A stretch of DNA of 63,913 nt, filler included, from Octopus bimaculoides (taxonomy: Eukaryota), in NCBI RefSeq assembly GCF_001194135.2. It is 7 parts of 7 records of this genome, joined end to end, with 100 filler letters (N's around TTAATTAATTAA, not from the genome) between each part and the next. Parts side by side here need not be neighbours in the genome. Positions count along the whole stretch, not along the records: positions 1 to 9,478 come from NC_069003.1; positions 9,579 to 33,860 come from NC_069000.1; 5 more parts are not named here. The stretch is one strand, 5' to 3'. Positions within the stretch are counted from its first letter, which is position 1; each line of letters opens with the position of its first letter. Positions 1 to 11,609 of this stretch are shown one piece after another. A program made the translations under genes and the position numbers. The notes beneath the pieces were generated by a model, which worked only from the letters and a program-made list of their open reading frames with translations, made no database searches and was not told the DNA's origin.

Positions 1-54
1 CCCGGAACCATGTGGTTGGTAAGCAAGCTACTTACCACATAGCCACTCCTGCGC
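1..54 (-). mobile_element. SINE family A, 5' tRNA-like head (window edge)
   Basis: Reverse complement GCGCAGGAGTGGCTATGTGGTAAGTAGCTTGCTTACCAACCACATGGTTCCGGG has an A-box-like head. It is near-identical to 61041-61086 and similar to 60660-60719. Confidence 0.8.
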
Positions 55-2099
55 TTATGTATGTATGTATGTATGTATGTATGTATGTATTTGTGTGTCT
101 GTGTTTGTCCCCCCACCATCGATTGACATCCGACTGAAGGCGGTGTATATAAGTATACTAATGATGCAAGGGCGAGGATGACCTAATTCGAACAGGCTTG
201 AAAATGCCGAGGCATATTTTTTTCTATCACCCGACTACAAACCCTGAGCAGGGGTTGGACATTGATTGAGCTCCAAAGATTCATCAGAAAGACCACAATG
301 TTAGAAAATCTAACATGTGAGGAAGTAATGTAAAATAATAAAATAAAATAAAATAAAATAATAGAAATAGTAAAGAATGGTAAAAATGCCAATTCCAAGG
401 TGATATCCATAAGCTATGGGATTACATCTTATGGTAAAGAAAGTCACTTCCAGGTGTAATTTCCCCAGGTTGTGAGAGTTACATCCTATTTCAATTTCAT
501 TGGGGGAAATAGCAACGTTGTGGAGTGAGTTCAATGGGATGATCCATATCACAGGGGTCGAAAGTTAGAGGCTAACTGCTATGTAAGAGAGCATCATAAA
601 AAGAATTGAGAAAGTTAACTTAATGTGAACTTGTTTGAGGAAATCAATACATAACTATTTCAATGAAAGAATAATTTGGGTAAAACTTTAGTGCAATGTT
701 ATTACTTATTACTAATTAACAAAAAGTTCTGAGGCCAAAGTTAATACAACTTAATTGGTCCGCTAATATTTGAAAACAATGGCGTTGTTCAGTTCCGTTA
801 AATCTGTCACTAAAATACAAGACAAACAAAAACAAAAAATAAAAATAAAAATATTTAAGAAATCAATTGTCTAAGGGGCCTTAATTAATGAGAGGGCGAT
901 GAATAGTACTTACGGTTATGGACATAGTATTCTTTATGAATATATTTGAGATATATATCAAGTTTACAAATAATTGTCTGAACGAGAAAACTAAAGGATG
1001 AAGCAATGAATAGAAAGATAAACACTGCCGGACTCTAGCGAAGGGAGGTAGCCGGATTAGCACATTATCGTATTAAAATGCAGAGATAAATTATGCACTA
1101 AAGTAAGATTTAGGAAATGTTATTCCGTTATGGATAGATCTAAGTTATAATTTCTAATTTACAAGTAATTGTCCGAAACAGATAAGCAAGGTGAAAATGT
1201 ATGGATTAAAATATTTTCAGACTTATAGACTACAACCGAAGTGGGGTAACTGTGTATTGCGTTCCAGTGTTGGGATACAAAGTGATATTTAGACACTTAA
1301 AATAAGGTTGAAGTTATTTTCAATTATAGAGTGAAACAGAAGGTATACATGTTAGGATAGAGGCAGAGCTGAGAGAAGAAATGAACCTAATGTGGTATTA
1401 TAATTGTATAAGGTTGTGAAGTTATAAAATCGTAAACTTATAGAATTAATTACAATGGGAGTTATTCTGGCTATGGTGGAGATGAAAGGATAGATATATA
1501 GGATATATTATCATAAGATGTATTTGAATACACCTGCATATACAAATACTAATAGGTATATGGATCAAGACTCACGGATAAATTCTTAAAAATAAGTGCT
1601 TAAACATGAATGCTTTGAAATATATACAGTAACATCCCAAAGAAAACTATTTTACTTATATATANNNNNNNNNNNNNNNNNNNNNNNNNNNNNNNNNNNN
1701 NNNNNNNNNNNNNNNNNNNNNNNNNNNNNNNNNNNNNNNNNNNNNNNNNNNNNNNNNNNNNNNNNNNNNNNNNNNNNNNNNNNNNNNNNNNNNNNNNNNN
1801 NNNNNNNNNNNNNNNNTCTTCCGATCTACATACAAGTTAGATGTATATTTATTTAATATATAAGGCATATAGAGAATGTTGTCGTACACATATATTAGAA
1901 AAGGATGGCAATCAATATATAGTGCTCAGATTAGTAAAAAGTAATTTTATTTTCAAAGGAGGCACTAGCACCGATAACAATTAATATCAAGTGTGTTTAG
2001 CCTTTCTTTCTCTCCTTTTAGTGTGAAGTAGAGGAAAGTTGGCCTTTAATATAAATAGGATTTCACTTATACACAACAAACATTTCTTATTCTTTAAAT

Positions 2100-2280
2100 C
2101 ATACGCAGGTGATGAGGAAACTGAAGGACCTGATTCGTGATATTGATGCAAAAAATGGAATTCTAACACACTTGGATAAAACTAAGAACATCTACAATAT
2201 TGATCCGAATACCTACCATGAACTCATCCAAAGGGAAATTACTAAAAAGTATAAGATAGTCCCTAATAATACACAGTAAA
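2100..2280 (+). pseudogene. Naiad-type Penelope-like RT N-terminal fragment
   Basis: Manual translation MRKLKDLIRDIDAKNGILTHLDKTKNIYNIDPNTYHELIQREITKKYKIVP aligns with QKRLSQTIKKITNSPKLHIFSDKTGNLYPITIEEYIKFIRNELNRSYKLAS in the 14507 ORF (DKT.N.Y motif). Confidence 0.65.
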
Positions 2281-2386
2281 AAAGAATTCTGCATACATAA
2301 CAGCATGAAGTCTTACGGCTGTAAACAATAGAAGACAATAATAATGATAATAATAATAATAGTAATAATAATAATAATAATAATAA

Positions 2387-3209
2387 AAGGCATGATATAA
2401 TAACAGGCATGATAGAGCTGCACAATATATTCACGGGGTAATATGCAAAAACCTGGACTTGCCCCATGATAAAAACTGGTGGGAACACAAACCACCCCCA
2501 GTACTTGAAAATGATCACATCGAACTCCTCTGGAACTTCACCATTCAAACTGACAGAAAGATAGATCCAAATAGGCCAGACATCATACTGAAACATTTCA
2601 GACAAAAATCATGCCTCCTCATTCATATGACTGTCCCAATCGATATAAACGTATCTGTCAAGACCTACCAAAAACTGAGCAAATATAAAGATCTTGATAA
2701 AGATCTTGAAATAGAAATTAGCAAAATGTGGANNNNNNNNNNNNNNNNNNNNNNNNNNNNNNNNNNNNNNNNNNNNNNNNNNNNNNNNNNNNNNNNNNNN
2801 NNNNNNNNNNNNNNNNNNNNNNNNNNNNNNNNNNNNNNNNNNNNNNNNNNNNNNNNNNNNNNNNNNNNNNNNNNNNNNNNNNNNNNNNNNNNNNNNNNNN
2901 NNNNNNNNNNNNNNNNNNNNNNNNNNNNNNNNNNNNNNNNNNNNNNNNNNNNNNNNNNNNNNNNNNNNNNNNNNNNNNNNNNNNNNNNNNNNNNNTTACG
3001 TAAAATAATGTCTATGTGATCTCAAATTTTAAAACAAACATAATGTTCTTATGGTTTCTTAAACATTCTCTAGAACAACACTGTACAAATCCAAATATAT
3101 GGTACCCTAGGCATAACACCTATATGAACTTCTAACTTGTTGTCTCTTGAGGTCTCTGGGTGAGACTTGGATCCAACTTGTACAAATGCAAAGCAAAAGT
3201 CAAATATAA

Positions 3210-3210
<1 letters not shown>
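2387..3210 (+). mobile_element. R4/Dong-clade non-LTR retrotransposon, 5'-truncated (subfamily A)
   Basis: ORF 2459-2730 HKPPPVLENDHIELLWNFTIQTDRKIDPNRPDII...KLSKYKDL..EISKMW is a restriction-like endonuclease domain (RPD motif). It ends LRKIMSM*, and the 3' UTR is shared with 28338-28446. (AAT)n flanks both sides. Confidence 0.85.
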
Positions 3211-3276
<66 letters not shown>

Positions 3277-3486
3277 CAAATACCACAAATACAACAGAAA
3301 GAACTTTGCAGCTATCGAACGAACTTAGTGGGGTTGCGCAGAGATGATATGGTGTAAGTTCTAATGGACGTGGGAGGGGTCCAGTTCAGCATGACTAGTC
3401 TGGCAGGGCGATAAAAGAACACCGCCCTCTCCGGACACCGGTCACATGGTAAGGAAGAGGAAGTATATAGAGAGTGAATGAATGGT

Positions 3487-3536
<50 letters not shown>

Positions 3537-3559
3537 TAGAGGGAGTGGAGGAACAGAGT

Positions 3560-3850
3560 GAAAGAGAGAGAGGAGAGAAAGGTGCAAGGGAGGCAAGTAA
3601 GGGTGAAAAGAGTGGGTAAGTCTGGAGAAAGAGATAGAGTAAGATTAGAGGTGGAAAGAGATAGAGTAAGAAGGAAACAGGGGTACAGAGAAAGAGAGAG
3701 AGAGCAGAGAAAGAAAGGAAGACGAAGAGAGAAGAGAAAGATACAAGGGAGGCAAGCAAAGGCGGAAAGAGAGAGTAAGAGTGGAGAAAATGATAGAGTA
3801 AGAGTAGAGGTGGAGAGAGATAGAGTAAGAGCAGAGAGAGTTAAGAGCCG
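3560..3850. repeat. Purine-rich degenerate tandem duplication (about 158-bp period)
   Basis: CAAGGGAGGCAAG and GATAGAGTAAGA..AGAGGTGGA blocks recur near 3586 and 3744. Confidence 0.65.
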
Positions 3851-4690
3851 CACAATAATATTCAAAGAACATTTTTTACAATAAAATAAGCAAACAGGGT
3901 GTTCATTGCGCTACATCAATGTACCAAGGGTTGAACAAAGAGAAGAGAACAAAGAGAAAGAGTTAGACGAAAGCAGAGCAAATGGAATACTAGAGGAAAA
4001 CTGAATGGATGGGAAATATAGAAAAAGACAGGATACACGGAATATTCGCAGCTGATATTTTCTCATCTTTTGTCTTTAATCTTTTATTTGTGGTCATCAT
4101 CGGGCAGAAACACCTCCAAGGCTTTGCCCGAAGATGACCACACTCTGAAACAAATAAAAGATAAATGACAAAAGATATATGTATATATGTATGTATACAT
4201 ACATACATGCATACATACATACATGTATACATACATACATGCATACANNNNNNNNNNNNNNNNNNNNNNNNNNNNNNNNNNNNNNNNNNNNNNNNNNNNN
4301 NNNNNNNNNNNNNNNNNNNNNNNNNNNNNNNNNNNNNNNNNNNNNNNATACATACATACATACATACATACATGCATACATACATACATACATATTATTC
4401 TTAAGGAAAGATAATCGTGATTGAAAATTGCAGTAATGTTTCGTTCTCGAATCCGACGGGCATATAACAACATGACAGCCAAAACTCAGGATCTTTAGAG
4501 AGACACCACTTTATGTATGGATGTATCTGATGAGACCTCAGACTGCAAATCGAATGCAACACAACGTGTTGAACGGAGTCCCACCCATAAGGGACAGTTG
4601 CAGGATGGGTTGAAATGATTACAGTACAAAATAAAGATTATTACCAAATCCATATTCAGATTACTTAAGTAATTATTATTATTATTATTA

Positions 4691-6258
4691 TGCTTTTTTC
4701 TTCTTTTTTCAAATTTTCTTTCATTTCTCGCCGAGTGTTTTCCGTACACCTAGGGCAGAGAAGCTCATTGTATGCATTCCCAGTTTACACACGCAAATTC
4801 ACAGGTAAAATATGTATGTAAAAAAAATAAATTCATGAATGGATGTTGTTTTCACAGCGATAATGCTCTTCTCAGTACATGGGTCGTTCCAGTTAACACG
4901 ATTTTTTGCACTTCCTGTAGGGATGGTAAGCCTGGTATGATTTTCAAATAGGTTTCAGTACCTTTTTTAATCATTCCTAGAGATCCTGCAATCACTGGAA
5001 CGGTAGTCACCTTGAGGCGCCACATTTTTTCAATTTTTATTAGCAAGTATATTTATATTTACTGATCTTGTCAAATTCTTTCGCCGCTATATTGTGATCG
5101 CAAGGAATACTCATGTCAATTAATAAACACATCTTTTTTGTATGATCACTTATAATAATATCCGGTTTATTAGCTTTTATAGTTTTGTCGGTATGTACGG
5201 AGAAATCCTAGAGAATCGACACATTTTCTCCCTCAGTCACAGCTTCAGGATGGTGTTTATACCATTTGTCAACGGTTTTGATTTTATAATGCCGACATAT
5301 TGTCCAGTGTAAATACTGGCCAACTCTGTCATGTCTTGCTTTATATTTTGCCGGTGCTAAGACTCTATACCCTAATATTAGGAGGTCTATAGTTTCCATC
5401 TCATCGTTAAAGAATCGGCATTTTGGGTCAGCTCCATTTTTTATCACATTGGCTTGGTAGTTCCGGGTTAAATAAGCTTTGGTCTTGAGCAGCTAATATG
5501 AAACCTTCACTCTCTGCTTTCAGTCCTGAGCTTCGTAACCATTGATGCGTGTTTCTGATCGATATCAGCCTGTTTGCTACGAGCCACATACTTGCCATAC
5601 AGAGGTTTCTGTTCCCATCTGCTAGCTAATTTTTCATGTGCTTTTGTCTAGCAATTAATTTTATTTTCTTTGCAACAGCAGTTGGCGCATTTTCTTCAAC
5701 CTTATCAAGCTGGTGGGTATCTAAGAGATCAGTAGCGAATTTTTTGCTCTCTTTCAGAATAGAGTGAAATGTTTTTCAACAAGTTTCAGTATCCAATCGT
5801 TGGTTGTTTCAAGGTATTTGGCCAGTCCGATTGTGGTGGTTTTGTACGTAAGTTCAAGCTGGAACAAGCCTCGGCCTCCCTGTGCTTTGGGAAGGTAAAG
5901 GCGATCCACGTCTGCCTTTGGATGGTACATCTTATTACAAGTCAGTAGTTTGCGAATTTTTCTATCAATTTTCATTATTTCACTGGTATTCCAGTTAAGC
6001 ACATTGAAGCTACAAAGAACAACTGGGACTGCTAAGGAATTTATGGCTAACACCTTATTATATGCATTCAGCTCAGACTTCAGAACTGCTCGACTTCTTC
6101 TATAATATTCCTTCCTAACCTTCTCTTTCATGCTTGCATGCTGGATACAAGAGCCTTCATTTATTCCTAGGTATTTATAGGTTTGTTCCTGCTCAAGTTC
6201 CTATATTACTGTTTCGACATCTAATCCTATTGAACTTGACTTTACCAGTTTCCCTTTG
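4691..6258 (-). mobile_element. R4/Dong-clade LINE, 5'-truncated, decayed (subfamily C)
   Basis: Minus-strand pieces: YKYLGINEG; KVLAINSLAVPVV..SF; KADVDRLYLPKAQGGRGL; EGFILAAQDQ; CCHC-derived CRFFNDEMETIDLLILG..RHDRVGQYLHW; KPDII endonuclease; terminal GTTHVLRRALSL*. (ATT)n at 4671-4690 and 6259-6275. Confidence 0.9.
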
Positions 6259-6275
6259 TTATTATTATTATTATT

Positions 6276-6746
6276 GTTCAGTAGTTTTATTTTTATAACG
6301 TGCTTTCACTTCACTACCGAGCGCAGCTCTGTGCGCCTTGGGTATGTGCTGTGGTTTGCTGTGGTGCTCTTATGTTTACTGTATTGAAAGTGTTTTGCGT
6401 AGAATGTGTGCAGTACCCAGTAGTGCAATTTTCTGTATGTTATATATATTTGTAAGTTCTGCTATTTTTGTTATGTATTTGTCTGAATATTTTTTTATTA
6501 TACCTAAGGCACCTACTATGATAGGAANNNNNNNNNNTATATCTGGTCTATTTGCCTTAATTTCTCTATCCGTGTGTATTGGCATATCCCAGAGTATGGT
6601 TGCTTTCTCGTTTTCTGTGACCTTTTCTGGCGTGTGTTTATACCATCTTTTTTCTGTTGTTAGTCCATAGTGTTGGCATAGCTTCCAGTGTATATAGGTC
6701 CCAGCTCTGTCGTGTCTGTGAATATATTCCTTCTTAGCCAGGACTG
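6276..6746 (-). mobile_element. R4/Dong-clade LINE 3' fragment (subfamily B)
   Basis: MPIHTDREIKANRPDI...PIIVGALGIIKKYSDKYI..IQKIALLGTAHILRKTLSIQ*. The 3' UTR matches 25143-25260. (ATT)n flanks both ends. Confidence 0.9.
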
Positions 6747-6830
<84 letters not shown>

Positions 6831-7300
6831 GAGTGAGAGAGCATACTGGGATACAAACATGCAAAGCCCAATATACCCATCATGACTACCCGTCTGATAA
6901 GGGTACATCAGGCACATGCATCACAACCATATGTGCGCGACATGGTAATCTTATATGAAGATAAACAGAGCATGGCCTTGCAGGTGGGACCCAGTTAGAA
7001 TTTTCCTGAAGTCGAGTAGCTCATCCTGCTCAAAATCCCTGAATAAGGGTTGTTTAAAGATGTTGAACGAATCACCCATGTTTGCAGATGTGAATTATCC
7101 AAACCCAAAAGACTTCCTATCGACACATAGCTATGATGCTCCCCAACTACTTCTGATCGTCATTAGAGATGCACACATCGTCAGCCACCAAGGAACATGC
7201 TCAACTGGTCAAGGTTAATCAAGTGAAAACCAAATCTGTGGTATTGAGCAGAATATTTGCTGTAAGGACATCTTTTATACCAAGACAAAACAATTTGGTA
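6831..7300 (-). mobile_element. Non-coding interspersed element X embedded in (TAA)n (strand assigned only from target-repeat polarity)
   Basis: 7160-7290 is the reverse-complement homolog of 29340-29468 (GATGCACA.ATCGTCAGCCACCAAG..ACATGCTCAACTGGT...AAATCTGTGGTATT). It directly abuts (ATT)n at 6747-6830. No recognisable protein motif. Confidence 0.7.
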
Positions 7301-7790
7301 TTACTATTAATATCATCATCACCATCATCATCATCACCATCATCTTCATCATATATACACACAACGCACACACACCTGCACACATATACACGCACGTACA
7401 TACACTTCTATACATACTCACACGCACATAGACACACACGCACCCTCACACGCACAGAAGTACACATGTACACATATATATATAGACAAAGAGAGAAAGA
7501 GACAGGGTCACACCGAGGCACACACACACACACACACCCAAACACTTGTGTATACACACAACAACACACACGTTCTCATTCCATACACGCATACATTCCA
7601 ACACCCACACACAAAGTACACCCATTCACACACCCTTCAAACTGGCTCCGACTCACTATTGACCCTTCCATCTACGCACACATGCAAACACACAGAGACA
7701 GTTAATAGCATACACATACACGATACCGCATACACACAGTTACCATTACACGCACACAAGCTACCACACACACACACACACACACACATA

Positions 7791-8256
7791 CCGACCATCT
7801 TCACATTCTCTTGTCCTAGAAAGCACTTTCTCTTCTGCGACTTCCGGTCACTTCAGAAATGTAACTGCACGTGGGCTGTTGGCGATTTTTCCACCTCTTT
7901 CCTTTCCCTTTGGACTTTCCTGTTTTCCTGCTTCCTAAGAAGAGCTATGCTTGAAACGTAAAACAACAACTTTCTTCTTCCCCCGCGTGTCATATTAATA
8001 CAATATATATGTTATCTCTCTCTCTCNNNNNNNNNNCCGACCATCTTCACATTCTCTTGTCCTAGAAAGCACTTTCTCTTCTGCGACTTCCGGTCACTTC
8101 AGAAATGTAACTGCACGTGGGCTGTTGGCGATTTTTCCACCTCTTTCCTTTCCCTTTGGACTTTCCTGTTTTCCTGCTTCCTAAGAAGAGCTATGCTTGA
8201 AACGTAAAACAACAACTTTCTTCTTCCCCCGCGTGTCATATTAATACAATATATAT

Positions 8257-8272
<16 letters not shown>
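7791..8272 (+). repeat. Identical direct duplication of about 236 bp either side of a 10-N gap
   Basis: 7791-8026 and 8037-8272 read identically; period 246. Confidence 0.9.
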
Positions 8273-8294
<22 letters not shown>

Positions 8295-9522
8295 ATTGTG
8301 GGCGTATGTCAAGCATGTATGTGTGACTATGTATATTTGGATGTATATGTGAGCGTGAATGGACATCTTGTGAACCACTTTACAATATTAAAGTTATTAT
8401 TCTTTGTTGAGAATATGAGACGCCTCGTTATTTTATATAAACGTAAGATAAATATATCACAACTACTTGAAACGCTCCACTAGAATCGTGTTTTTATACT
8501 GCAACACCTACACAACATCATTTTACACTAAAGGGTGCCGCTTATACCGCAGTTATCAATTAGAAACCCGATCGTTTCTCTTTCCAATAACATAGAGTAT
8601 AATTCAATTACCCAGTTGGAGAAAATACCCAACAAACACCAATTAGACGTTATTCCACATACTTAAATTTCTGGAATAAATCTAGAATTTTCCAACACAT
8701 CATTCGCTTTTAGATGGTTAGATATTAATCTAATAGAGTTTAGTAATAAAACCAGGCAAGCATTAAAATTTAGTCTGCTGTAGTTGTCTACTATCTCTAT
8801 CTCTATATATATGTTCAACATTAAACCAAATCTCCAAAAACAAAAATAATAGAAACAAACCTAAATCAAATTTACTCTGACTAGACTACATATGATAAAA
8901 AACATGAAAGGAAACATCTGGTACGAGACTTGCTATGATGGTGGCCGCCTGATTTATATTGAGTCAAACGAATTAATGAACATGGAAGCATGTATTTATA
9001 AGCGATGCTAGAAAAACTAGTAAAAGTTTCAGCAATATTCACGTAACCATTCAGGCAATTATAAGCAATGTCCATAGAAAATTCTCTCTTCAATGATATT
9101 TGCATAAGCTCGTTACTTAAATTTCTCATACACTAAGCATTCATGATATTAAAGGATACGCTGGGTATAATAAAATGATATAGACAATCAATCACACATA
9201 GACTCAGACACACCTATATATGTGTGTGTGTGTACCCCCACTCTCTTTCTTTATATATATATATATATATATAAGTCATTGACTGTTTGCTAAACCGGTA
9301 TCACCTGTTGATTGTCATAACACATGAAGGCACTCGTAATAGCGTTATATCTAACAGCGTTAAATTGTAAATCTTCAAAAATAGAATGTGAAAACTGGAC
9401 TATGCTGGAATTCAGTTGACTAACATATATAACTATACACAAACTCTGAATCACACACACAAAGATAAATATATATATNNNNNNNNNNNNNNNNNNNNNN
9501 NNNNNNNNNNNNNNNNNNNNNN

Positions 9523-9534
9523 TTAATTAATTAA
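9523..9534. other. Assembly linker TTAATTAATTAA (six-frame stop palindrome) in a 44N+12+44N gap
   Basis: The same 100-bp construct occurs at 33905, 37215, 42140, 60985 and 62761. Confidence 0.95.
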
Positions 9535-9578
9535 NNNNNNNNNNNNNNNNNNNNNNNNNNNNNNNNNNNNNNNNNNNN

Positions 9579-9610
<32 letters not shown>

Positions 9611-9611
9611 A

Positions 9612-9737
9612 ATATATGAGTATATGCATATATATGTACATATATGTATATACCTTCATCCACATGTACATATAGATACATAACTGGGTACATGACGTGG
9701 CAAAAGAACATGGGCAAAATGGGAAACAAGGTGAACC
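9612..9737 (-). repeat. Dispersed repeat M
   Basis: Reverse complement matches 59738-59866 and 60396-60514 (CTTTTGCCACGTCATGTACCCAGTTATGTATCTATATGTACATGTGGATGAA). Confidence 0.85.
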
Positions 9738-9967
9738 TATATACATACACATAATGCTACTAAGAACCATGAAACGATTCGTATCCAATTAACTAAAGAC
9801 TTGGTTTGTTTACGCTTTTCCCTCCGGTTTTTTGTTCTATGTGTGCCATAAATATCGCCATCCGTTTTAGAGAAAAATTTGTAGTTTAGAATCAGTAGTT
9901 CTTTGACTGCTATTTCTAAATTTTCAGTATGTTGGAGAAGCAACTCAATTGCTAATCCCTGTATATT

Positions 9968-9998
<31 letters not shown>

Positions 9999-10067
9999 CG
10001 TTTATGAATTTGTGTTGCAAGATTCCTGATGTGAAGTCGCGTGTTGAAACAGATATTGTTGTATTTC

Positions 10068-10392
10068 GGGATGGTCATTTTTTTCCTTTTCTTTTGCCAA
10101 ATAAACACACGCACTCTATATTCGTTCTTCACTTGTTTATTAAANNNNNNNNNNNNNNNNNNNNNNNNNNNNNNNNNNNNNNNNNNNNNNNNNNNNNNNN
10201 NNNNNNNNNNNNNNNNNNNNNNNNNNNNNNNNNNNNNNNNNNNNNNNNNNNNNNNNTGTAACTCATGTCCATTGTCCGGAAATGTTTTGTCACACATCTG
10301 TGACCTCCTCAGTAACACTTTCCTCTTCGCGTGTGCTCTTGTTCTGCTTATTCCATTCTGTTCTATGATGTGTATCTTTATATGCGTATGCA

Positions 10393-10448
<56 letters not shown>

Positions 10449-11133
10449 ATTGTTCTTAGTAGCATTATGACCCTCCCTTCATCCCCGTTCCCCATCCCGT
10501 TGCTGCTACTGCCCTTGGGCTCGACTTTATGTTTCGTTCTTGTAACTCATTGTTTTTGTACGTTCGCCAACGCTGCTGCCATCGTGGGAGATGTTGTTGT
10601 TGCCATTGTTGTTAGACATGTTGATATTGTTGCAGCCGTCTGTGAAGTCACCGTATGTGTATTTGTGTATGTATATAGGTTCGCTTCCTATGTTGTTTGT
10701 ATCCGTGCCCTGTATACAGTTTTATTAACTTTTTAATTAAAAAAATTTAATGCCTCTAATCTTTAATATTTATCATAGGTATGTGCATATATGTCTCTTG
10801 TATGTGTATTACGCTATTTGTATCTGTTTCTTTTTTCTTTTTCTCCCTTCAGTTTTTAATCGTCATGTTGTGTGTTGTGGTGGTGAGTGTTATTGTTCCA
10901 TTCGCGTTTTCTGTTGAGGTTCGGTCTGTCTATTGCTATGTGTGTAGCCTCTGTGATTTGTCTAAGTGACGTGTCAGTTCTATGCGTTGATAATACTTTG
11001 GCCTCTATGCTATTGACTGAGCCTCTGTATAAAGGGCACGAATACAAACAGCATAGGAAGCGAACCTGTATACACACACAAACACACATACGGTAACTTC
11101 ACAGACGGCCGCAACAATATTAACAACTCGATT

Positions 11134-11217
<84 letters not shown>

Positions 11218-11609
11218 CACAATGGCGGCAGCGTGGGCGAACACACAAACACAATGAGTTACAAGAACAGTATATAGAGTCGGGTCCAAGGGTAGTAGTA
11301 GCGGCAACGGGGTGGGGACGGAGCTGAGGGTAGAGTCATAGTGCTACTAAGAAGAATGTCACACACACACACACATACACACACGCCCATGTACACACAC
11401 ACACGTAAGCACAGACGCATACGCATATAAGGACATACATCATAAAAGAACAGAGAATAGAACGTGTCGCTGAGGAGGTCACAGATGTGTAACGAAAGAT
11501 TTCCGGACATTGGACATGAATTAGAGTAAGAACAGTAATAAACGAGTGAAGAATGAATATATAGTGCGTGTGTTTGTTTTATTTGGCAAAAAATAAAAAT
11601 GACCATCCC
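10068..11609. repeat. Long diverged inverted repeat (foldback); arms about 10068-10718 and 11023-11609
   Basis: Both outer ends read GGGATGGTCATTTTT inward. Arm homology is visible even in the ORF track (10041+ IVAAVCEVTVCVFVYVYRFASYVVCIRALYT vs 11005- IVAAVCEVTVCVFVCVYRFASYAVCIRALYT). Confidence 0.85.

Noticed and set aside
560-1660. G/A/T-skewed region with a weak internal repeat (about 900-1000 vs 1110-1200) as a minus-strand PLE 3' end
   Set aside because: The compositional skew fits, but I found no hammerhead or coding motif to anchor the call.
3395-3884. Arg/Glu-rich and Leu/Ser-rich ORFs
   Set aside because: Read-through of an AG-rich tandem duplication that lacks stops by composition.
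4526-4560. CTGATGA hammerhead candidates at 4527, 51798 and 56390 (minus)
   Set aside because: No properly placed stem II, GAAA and stem III combination.
9479-9578. Recurrent palindrome TTAATTAATTAA as a biological motif (six occurrences)
   Set aside because: It is always centred in exactly 44+44 N and encodes stops in all six frames, so it is an artificial scaffold linker.
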